A program made the translations under genes and the position numbers. Source: a virus. From it: a DNA stretch of 64,000 nt. The stretch spans positions 18,083 to 82,082 of the IMG/VR virus record IMGVR_UViG_3300016667_000726; one strand, 5' to 3'. The notes below the pieces were generated by a model that saw only the letters and a list, made by a program, of their open reading frames with translations, ran no database searches and had not been told where the DNA came from. Below are positions 29,986-36,457 of this stretch, one piece after another. Positions within the stretch are counted from its first letter, which is position 1. The number at the start of each line of letters is the position of its first letter.

Positions 29986-31055
29986 CCGTTGATGTAGCTC
30001 TCGAGGCTCTCATCCAGGCTGAGGACATTGCTGATCTTGTCCTTCTTGCCGAGCTGGAAGTAGTCGTTGGCGATGAACGCGATGGCCTGACCCAGAGTTT
30101 CCGTCTGCGTCAGGATGCGGTCGATCTCGACGTTCAGCTTGCTGAGGGCCTGGATCGCCTCGCTGTTGCCGTCGACCTGCTTACGGAGGTCGGCGATCAA
30201 AGCCACAACCGCAGCTCCGCCATCACCAGTGCCCGTATCGGCAGGCTTGCCGCGACGGCCACGGCCCGCAGGCGCGGTCTCCTCCTCAGCAGGCTCCTCC
30301 GCGACCTCTTCGGCCTTGCCACGGCGACCGCGGCGGGCGGCGGGCTCTTCAGCCACTTCCTCCTCCGCAGGCTTGCCGCGACGGCCGCGACGGGGAACCT
30401 CCTCAGGCTCCTCTTCCTCGACGGGGGCCTTCTCCTCCGCCGCAGGACGACGCCCACGACGAGGCGCGGGAGCCTCCTCTTCCTCTTCGGCCACGGGCTT
30501 GCCCCGGCGACGAGGCGCGGGAGTCTCCTCCTCTTCCTCCTCAGCCTTGGCAGCAGGGCGCCCACGACGAGCCGCAGGGGCCTCCTCCTTCTTCTCGACC
30601 TTGCCGACAGGCTCGCCGCCGTCATCCCCGATCTGCTCGAGGATCTCTAGCAGCGCATCAAGGTCGTTCTGCGCGACGACCTCTTCGAGATCGACATTGA
30701 ACTCAGCCACGTGAGACTGAAGCGCCTCCGCCATGGCCTTCGCGGGCATCTGGAACGCCTTACGCGTGTCCAGGACTCCGAGCTTACGGCCAATCTCACC
30801 AAGGGCGCCACGAACGGTCTGCGGCTTGCGCGACATGTACTCTCCTTCTCGTCGTTTGGGGAAAGGTCCTCTGAGTAGTACCCAGGGGCCTATGAGGTCC
30901 GTCATGTCGGCGCGGGCCTTGATGACGGACAGGTGGGCATTCTCAAACACAGCGCATGAGTCGAGGTCCACCAGCATTTGAAGATCAACGCTAGGGCACT
31001 CGCTCAGTCGACTGCACGACTGACAGGACGGCTCAGGTTTATGGGCCGTCCTCAC
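29976..31055 (-). CDS. Charge-repeat (RRGRRGK / poly-E) putative nucleoid/DNA-binding protein
   Basis: Six alternating basic (RRGRP, RRGRRGK) and acidic blocks between helical domains. Two plausible starts: GTG 31055 (coupled, adds a Cys-rich 73-aa leader) and ATG 30836 (AAGGAG SD). Confidence 0.6.
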   Translation of the reverse strand: MRTAHKPEPSCQSCSRLSECPSVDLQMLVDLDSCAVFENAHLSVIKARADMTDLIGPWVLLRGPFPKRREGEYMSRKPQTVRGALGEIGRKLGVLDTRKAFQMPAKAMAEALQSHVAEFNVDLEEVVAQNDLDALLEILEQIGDDGGEPVGKVEKKEEAPAARRGRPAAKAEEEEEETPAPRRRGKPVAEEEEEAPAPRRGRRPAAEEKAPVEEEEPEEVPRRGRRGKPAEEEVAEEPAARRGRRGKAEEVAEEPAEEETAPAGRGRRGKPADTGTGDGGAAVVALIADLRKQVDGNSEAIQALSKLNVEIDRILTQTETLGQAIAFIANDYFQLGKKDKISNVLSLDESLESYINGGN

Positions 31056-31354
31056 AGCATCTCATCCTTCGATCCCAGCCAGCAACGCTGGACAATCAAG
31101 TCAGGGCATCCGTATGTCGAGCACTCCCCTGTACAGCCAGGGAGCTGTGTCTTGAGCCTACGGTAGTTCTTCTTGATGTGTGCCTGCATGCGGGCTCGAA
31201 TCTGATCGAGCGGGCAGGGAGTTACCTCCCCATCTTCAAGGGCTTCGTAGAGGTCATCTCGGTCTCTACGAGAGTTTCCAAGCTCAGCTTTACGCGCCAT
31301 CTCGACCAGCTCAGTCGTATTGACATTGTCGAGGACGTGGCTCTCATCCTTCAT
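31052..31354 (-). CDS. Hypothetical protein: HeH-like N-terminus plus Cys cluster
   Basis: LDNVNTTELVEMARKAELG...RDDLYEAL; C-terminal CTGEC..YGC...C. Confidence 0.55.
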   Translation of the reverse strand: MKDESHVLDNVNTTELVEMARKAELGNSRRDRDDLYEALEDGEVTPCPLDQIRARMQAHIKKNYRRLKTQLPGCTGECSTYGCPDLIVQRCWLGSKDEML

Positions 31355-31856
31355 TGCTGGCCTCCAAATACTCCGGAGGGATCCCGAACCGAGTCGGATC
31401 CGCCCTTTCGATGCTTACTGCCAGTGCCGACGACATCCCTGCAAACTTGCGGACGCACACCTCAAAGAACAGGGAGTCGTCGATATCCAGCACCTCTGCC
31501 ACAGCATCCAACAGCAGCTTATTTCTGTTGGGGCCGTCTACTTTCTTGTACGGGCTTTTCGCCTTTCCTTTACCGCCCTTAAGCCAGGTCTTGTTGAGGA
31601 TGTCGGCCTCTTCAAAATCTAGGGCGATCTCTACGGTGTACAGATCAATCGGCTTATGCTCGCGCCTGAAGCGGGTGATCTGCACAAAGAACTCTGCGCG
31701 CATGGCATCGCTGAACTTACGCTTCCAAGACTCAGCTTGGGTCGTGTAGCCGATCGCAGCCTTGCGCTTACCTCCGGCATTAAACCATCGGATATCCTTG
31801 ATATCGTTTTCGCTGGGTGGGTGAAGATCAAAGGTCAGGGTGAGCGAGGACATCAC
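31344..31856 (-). CDS. rusA: RusA-like Holliday junction resolvase
   Basis: LTFDLHPPSEN N-terminus; DGPNRNKLLLDAV...IDDSLF matches the RusA DxDNxxKxxxD...DD catalytic pattern with substitutions. Confidence 0.7.
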   Translation of the reverse strand: MMSSLTLTFDLHPPSENDIKDIRWFNAGGKRKAAIGYTTQAESWKRKFSDAMRAEFFVQITRFRREHKPIDLYTVEIALDFEEADILNKTWLKGGKGKAKSPYKKVDGPNRNKLLLDAVAEVLDIDDSLFFEVCVRKFAGMSSALAVSIERADPTRFGIPPEYLEASNEG

Positions 31857-32455
31857 CGGCCCCCGACCTTACCCCTCTTTCGAAGACGGTCGCCCGGAGC
31901 CAGTTGACGAGCAACGCTATCATTGCGCGTCCCGGCCTCAAGCTGAGCCTGAAGGGCGGTGATGGTGCGGCTGATGAACTCGCGGTCGCGTCTAGCCGCA
32001 GCAGAGACGTGCTCTGTAATGTCCGCCTTCTCCGAGATCTCGACGAACTTCGAGTTGACCTCGACGTAGCGGATGTCGCAGAGCGTATCGTCATCCTTGT
32101 CAGCCTTGGGTCCGCTCTTGACCTTGCGGATCTTGGCTTTCGCCATGGCTAGTCGCTCAGAGTAGTTCCTCTTGGCGGCGACGAACATCTGGTGCAGGCC
32201 GCCCACATAGTCGGCCCACTGAGTTGTGACGCCAAGCAGCTCCGCCAGCTCGGTCATGCTCATTCGAGAGACGTCGTCAGGGAGGCGACCATCGTACACC
32301 TCCCCTCGATACGTCGGTGGTTCCTCGCGAGGGAGGATGCCCAGGTCGGCGAGCGCTTTATGCGCACTCTCGGAGGCCTGCTCGTAGAGCTCGAGTCCCT
32401 CCTCAAGTCCAATATCATAGTCGTCGCGGTCTCCGCGTGCCTTGCCTGGCATCAC
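31853..32455 (-). CDS. Hypothetical helical protein (200 aa)
   Basis: Coupled within the operon; long amphipathic helices. Confidence 0.55.
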   Translation of the reverse strand: MMPGKARGDRDDYDIGLEEGLELYEQASESAHKALADLGILPREEPPTYRGEVYDGRLPDDVSRMSMTELAELLGVTTQWADYVGGLHQMFVAAKRNYSERLAMAKAKIRKVKSGPKADKDDDTLCDIRYVEVNSKFVEISEKADITEHVSAAARRDREFISRTITALQAQLEAGTRNDSVARQLAPGDRLRKRGKVGGR

Positions 32456-33507
32456 TTCCTCCTGATGAGCTTGCGCCCGGCGTTTTGTTGCATGGGATCC
32501 TTACGACGCACAGAGCAGCCACCGGAGTAGCCGTACTTGCAGTCGTTGCAGGCCCAGTGGCTGGTGATGTCTGGGATTGGAGGCTCCCCGGCTTCGATCG
32601 CGCGCTCTAGGACAGAGAGCTTGCGGGAAGACCAGTCCTCAAACTTCTTCTGATCGTATGCGACCACGAACTCGTGCATGGGCGCTTCGAACGCTTTTGA
32701 GATGTAGAGGAAGCTGATGAAGGGAACATCGAGGGCAGTCGCGTACAGAGCGTGCGCCTGCGTCGTGTGCTCGTCCTTCACCTTCGTCAGCTTCTTGAAG
32801 CCCTCGTCCCCGATGGACTTGATCTCAAGTACGACGCGGACGCGGACCCAGACATCAAACCCACCTCGGACATACGTATCGAATTCGAGCACGCCGTCAG
32901 CGTGGCCGTTCTCGATCATGGCCTCGGGTAGGTCGACCTGGACCTCGTCTGCGAACTTGACTTCCAGGCCCGCCACATAGTCTCCATGGCGCTCGTACTC
33001 AATCGCCTCCGGGCTTCCAGGAGTGATGAAGCGCTTCAACAACTCACGCTCAGTGTCCCAGTGCGCGAGGTTGTGAAACGTCTTCTGCACGATCGCGTGG
33101 AGTGCGTGGCCATACTCAAATGTCAGCCGCAAGTAGTACGGCAGCTTCTCCTTGGGCCGCAGCGTCCCCATGATGTCATGATAGAGCGCAGTGACGCAGT
33201 TCTCTGCGGCCGAGGAGTGCAGCACGCCTCGCGAACGTGGCTTGGGCGTCTCGACCCATCCACTTCCCTTGCACTTGTGGCACTCTACCTCAGCAGGGAG
33301 GTTGGCCATCATCTCGTCGTATTCGTCGAGTGTCAGGCCAACAGACCGGCCGTCGAAGTCGGCTTGGGCGAGGAACATGCCCTTCAGGTCGATGGATTTG
33401 CGTACCGCCTCAATAAAGGCGGCTGGGTGGTCCGCCAGATCTTCAATCGTCAGAATCTCGATCGGCTCGTCGCTCACGTTCCAGCTCCAGTAGGTACTCC
33501 GCGTCAT
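32452..33507 (-). CDS. Cas4-like PD-(D/E)xK exonuclease with Fe-S cysteines
   Basis: HSSAAENC (Cys1), GHADG, LEIKS, Q...LY, and C-terminal CNDCKYGYSGGC; extra CHKCKGSG insert. The start may be GTG 33477. Confidence 0.75.
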   Translation of the reverse strand: MTRSTYWSWNVSDEPIEILTIEDLADHPAAFIEAVRKSIDLKGMFLAQADFDGRSVGLTLDEYDEMMANLPAEVECHKCKGSGWVETPKPRSRGVLHSSAAENCVTALYHDIMGTLRPKEKLPYYLRLTFEYGHALHAIVQKTFHNLAHWDTERELLKRFITPGSPEAIEYERHGDYVAGLEVKFADEVQVDLPEAMIENGHADGVLEFDTYVRGGFDVWVRVRVVLEIKSIGDEGFKKLTKVKDEHTTQAHALYATALDVPFISFLYISKAFEAPMHEFVVAYDQKKFEDWSSRKLSVLERAIEAGEPPIPDITSHWACNDCKYGYSGGCSVRRKDPMQQNAGRKLIRRK

Positions 33508-33958
33508 TAGCGGAGAAGATGTAGAACTCCTGAGGCAGGAGCCCAGGTGGGCGGAACTCGACTACGAAGACGGCCATCTCGCCGCCTTCCCGCGCCTTCT
33601 GAACCTTCACAAGGTCATCCAGCGTTAGTCGGTATCCCTTGTTGATGGTGGTCTTGAACTCTACTCGGACTCCTTCGGGGAACGACCCTTTCTCAGAGGT
33701 AGTGCCATCCCCCTTCTGGAATCTTGTAGCGCCGGAGGCGACCGTTTTTCGTCCGCCTAGTCTTCTCATCCCGCGAGTCTCTTGACTCCGAGATTGTCTG
33801 AGCCGCTCATGCTGCGCCGATGCCGCTACAGCCCTAGGCACAAACTCGGCACCACAATCGTGGCAGGCGTACCTGCCACGAAGTCGAGCAATCAAGCTAG
33901 TGTCCTCAGATCTGCAACCAGGGCAAGTCGTGTCCAGCTTCCTAGGCGAGGCGGGCAC
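33443..33958 (-). CDS. Zinc-ribbon + PD-(D/E)xK resolvase-like endonuclease
   Basis: CPGC...CHDC ribbon followed by RLGGRKTVASGA...KGDG...VEFKTT, a phage Holliday-junction-resolvase-like pattern. GTG 33958 overlaps the recA end and has a GGAG SD. Confidence 0.6.
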   Translation of the reverse strand: MPASPRKLDTTCPGCRSEDTSLIARLRGRYACHDCGAEFVPRAVAASAQHERLRQSRSQETRGMRRLGGRKTVASGATRFQKGDGTTSEKGSFPEGVRVEFKTTINKGYRLTLDDLVKVQKAREGGEMAVFVVEFRPPGLLPQEFYIFSANDAEYLLELERERRADRDSDD

Positions 33959-35393
33959 GCGCCAGCTCCAGCAGTTTCGGAGTCTTGATGTTCTTCGGGA
34001 ACTCCTCTCCAACCTGAGTCAGGAGGGACTTGAGGCGCTCGCGATCCTCGGACTGAACAGCGGCAGAGAGCTGCGTAGCAAAGTCCTCGTCCTGAACCTC
34101 GCTGTCGTCAGACTCGTTCTCTAGAACTGCCTCCACCTCATCAACGGGATCTTCGTCGATGCTCATGTCATCCACGAACTCATTCCCGTAGAGAGGCAAG
34201 CCCTCCCACTCTTCCTGCACGCACGCAGCCTCAATGACGCGGTCGTAGAGGAACTGAGTGAACTCGGCGTCCTCCTCCACGTAGTCAGCGGCCGCGAGGA
34301 GTCCGCAGTTCTTACGCGGCCCAAGGAGGGCCGTCATGCCATCCTCGTCCGTGAAGTAGAACGAGTTGCCTTCCTGCTGTACGATGCCGTACTTGATCGC
34401 GCAGCGTAGGATGTCGAGCGCAAAGTGCGCGCCGGAATCGAAGCGGTAGGTATACGAGCCCGACCCTCCCTCATGGGCACCAGCCTTCTGCTTGGTGATC
34501 TCCCACATGATCTCCTTCGCGCTACGAACCTTGCCACCCGTCTCTGCCGACTTCTCCTTGTCGGTCATGCGGCCTTTCACTGAGAACTCAATCGCGACAG
34601 CGCGAGTGTGCTTCAGCGAGTAGCCGCCCGACTCGGTCTTGGTAGGAGAGTTGGGGTTGGCTGGGCGCATGTTGGCGCGGACCTGGTTGATCCCAATCAC
34701 GCAAGTCATGTTGGGATTGCCCTGCGCATCTGGGGCAAGCGCAGAGAACAGCCGAGTAGCGAACTTGGTATTCAAGCCCGCAGGCCCCGCCATCCGGTCG
34801 TTGTCCGTAAGCGTCTTGTCCACATCGGTTTCCAGCAGCACGCTGCCGAATGAGTCGATGAGGACCACATCGAACTTACGACTACGGACCATGTCGAGCG
34901 CAATCTCAAACAGCTTGTCCGTCGTGTCGCCAGTAGCAACCACGAACTGGCCAATTTGCTTCTGCCTCTCGGAGACCTCTGACCGAGTCACCGCCTGCCC
35001 TCGCTTCTTGCGGCCACGGATGAACGCCGAGAGCTCCTCGGGAGAGTCCGCGATGACCACACCATTGAAGCGCATCTGGTCCTTGTCCAGGCTGCCCTCA
35101 GTAATGATGATGCCTACGCGGAGCTTGTCTCCGAACAACTGCTGCTGCCGGGCGATCACGTAGTTCGAGAACGTGTTCTTGCCGATGCCCGGCTCCCCGA
35201 TGAACATACTAAGCGTGCCCGCAGGTAGGCCGCCCTTCATCTCGATGTCTAGAGAGGCCAGTCCAGTAGGCAGCCTCTTGAGAGTCCAGGGCGAGGTGAC
35301 CTCCTCCGCCCTGCGGATCAACCCGCCCCACTTCGTGATGAGCTGATCGATTGCATCCGGCTCAGCGCCGTCGGTCTTCTTTCCTCTGGCCAT
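33942..35393 (-). CDS. recA: RecA-like recombinase with acidic C-terminal extension
   Basis: PTGLASLD, Walker A GEPGIGKN, VLIDSF Walker B, GINQVR, ESGGYSLKH; about 90 extra C-terminal residues. Confidence 0.9.
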   Translation of the reverse strand: MARGKKTDGAEPDAIDQLITKWGGLIRRAEEVTSPWTLKRLPTGLASLDIEMKGGLPAGTLSMFIGEPGIGKNTFSNYVIARQQQLFGDKLRVGIIITEGSLDKDQMRFNGVVIADSPEELSAFIRGRKKRGQAVTRSEVSERQKQIGQFVVATGDTTDKLFEIALDMVRSRKFDVVLIDSFGSVLLETDVDKTLTDNDRMAGPAGLNTKFATRLFSALAPDAQGNPNMTCVIGINQVRANMRPANPNSPTKTESGGYSLKHTRAVAIEFSVKGRMTDKEKSAETGGKVRSAKEIMWEITKQKAGAHEGGSGSYTYRFDSGAHFALDILRCAIKYGIVQQEGNSFYFTDEDGMTALLGPRKNCGLLAAADYVEEDAEFTQFLYDRVIEAACVQEEWEGLPLYGNEFVDDMSIDEDPVDEVEAVLENESDDSEVQDEDFATQLSAAVQSEDRERLKSLLTQVGEEFPKNIKTPKLLELARARLA

Positions 35394-35550
35394 GCGGCTT
35401 CATCTCCCAGGGTTCTGTGCCGCAGTGCGCACAGCGCGGGACGTACCCGCTGTAGTTGACGTTGTGGCTCCCGCACTGCGGGCAGGAGCGTTCCTTGGAT
35501 GCTGCCTTCGTCATCTCGGGATCTAGGGCTACTCCAAACTTGTCGTGCAT
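35362..35550 (-). CDS. Small zinc-ribbon protein (62 aa)
   Basis: CPQCG...CAHCG; the AAGGAG SD and ATG lie inside the 3' end of the HNH gene. Confidence 0.6.
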   Translation of the reverse strand: MHDKFGVALDPEMTKAASKERSCPQCGSHNVNYSGYVPRCAHCGTEPWEMKPHGQRKEDRRR

Positions 35551-36017
35551 GTCTCACTCTCCTTCTGGTGCGGGCAATAGCCATACAACCCATAAGACAG
35601 ATTGCAGTTCATGCACAGCAACCGAAGGTGGGGAGGAAAGTTGTTCTCAATGATCCACTTGTAGAATGGGATGGCGGCTCGAAATTTCTTCCGGTCCTCC
35701 TTACCCCCTCCATTGATGTGATCTATCGTAAGGAACTCTTTTCGGTGCTCAGCACAGCACGCACATACTCCCCCATAGCCCTTATGGACTTCCTCCCGGA
35801 TTCTCGTTCGGCGTGCTGAGGATAATTGGTTGCTCTTGTCCCGATATCTCTCGTGCCAGGCCACTCTCTGCGTGCTGCACTTAGCGCACAGAGCGCGTGC
35901 TAGGTCTTGGCGTTCCTGTCCGCACTGGGGGCAGAGTCCCGCCAACTTTAGAGCATGATAGCGCTCTCTCATCTTAGCCTTCTCGTTCTCAGATGCTTTA
36001 GGCATGTCTCTCTCCAC
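35529..36017 (-). CDS. HNH homing endonuclease
   Basis: CACC...LTIDHING...LLCMNCN HNH/His-Me motif; N-terminal CPQC...CAKC zinc finger; visibly more AT-rich than its neighbours. Confidence 0.85.
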   Translation of the reverse strand: MERDMPKASENEKAKMRERYHALKLAGLCPQCGQERQDLARALCAKCSTQRVAWHERYRDKSNQLSSARRTRIREEVHKGYGGVCACCAEHRKEFLTIDHINGGGKEDRKKFRAAIPFYKWIIENNFPPHLRLLCMNCNLSYGLYGYCPHQKESETCTTSLE

Positions 36018-36066
36018 GACATACCTATAGTTCTGTACTATCTACTTGTCCATCGGAGAACTTGTC
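35537..36066 (-). mobile_element. 522-bp HNH insertion flanked by GACAAGTT direct repeats
   Basis: GACAAGTT (minus strand) at 36066-36059 and 35544-35537, 522 bp apart; removing the insert rejoins the HU 3' end and an MDKFGV start. Confidence 0.6.
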
Positions 36067-36332
36067 CATTGGTTCATCTCCTTGCGGAAGGGGCGTGTGG
36101 GATTGACGCGCAGGCGAACCTGCCGCCTTGTACCCTGTACCCCACCTAGCCCATTGGCGACATGGTTTCGCTCATAGGGCTCAAGGGTCATGAGTCCTCG
36201 GAATCGAACGGAGGATCCGTTACGAAAAGCACTCTTCATCATGTCGATCTGCTCATCGAGAATGTGAGCAACGACACGCTGGGGAAACCCGGTGCGCTCC
36301 GCGAGGAAGCGCACCATCTCTTCGTGAGTCAT
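36042..36332 (-). CDS. HU/IHF-family DNA-binding protein
   Basis: MTHEEMVRFLAERTG...GSSVRFRGLMTLEPYER...RRQVRLRVNPTRPFR is the canonical HU/IHF fold pattern. Confidence 0.85.
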   Translation of the reverse strand: MTHEEMVRFLAERTGFPQRVVAHILDEQIDMMKSAFRNGSSVRFRGLMTLEPYERNHVANGLGGVQGTRRQVRLRVNPTRPFRKEMNQWTSSPMDK

Positions 36333-36442
36333 CGCACCGGCACCCCATCCGCCGTGCGGATGCTGCCGTCCGAGAACAGGTACAAGATCCGCCCATCACC
36401 AAGGCGACCAACGGATCGAACGATTCTCAACTCTCTGTCCAT
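36329..36442 (-). CDS. Small hypothetical protein (37 aa), not in the ORF track
   Basis: MDRELRIVRSVGRLGDGRILYLFSDGSIRTADGVPVR*; GGAGG SD; the stop overlaps the HU start (ATGA). Confidence 0.55.
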   Translation of the reverse strand: MDRELRIVRSVGRLGDGRILYLFSDGSIRTADGVPVR

Positions 36443-36457
36443 ATTAGCCTCCATTAG

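Noticed and set aside
32452-33507. CRISPR-Cas system suggested by the Cas4-like gene
   Set aside because: No repeat-spacer array or other cas genes were seen anywhere in the window.
35537-36066. Group I intron around the HNH gene
   Set aside because: Only about 40 nt of non-coding sequence flank the ORF, too little for a ribozyme core, and the downstream gene has its own SD and start.
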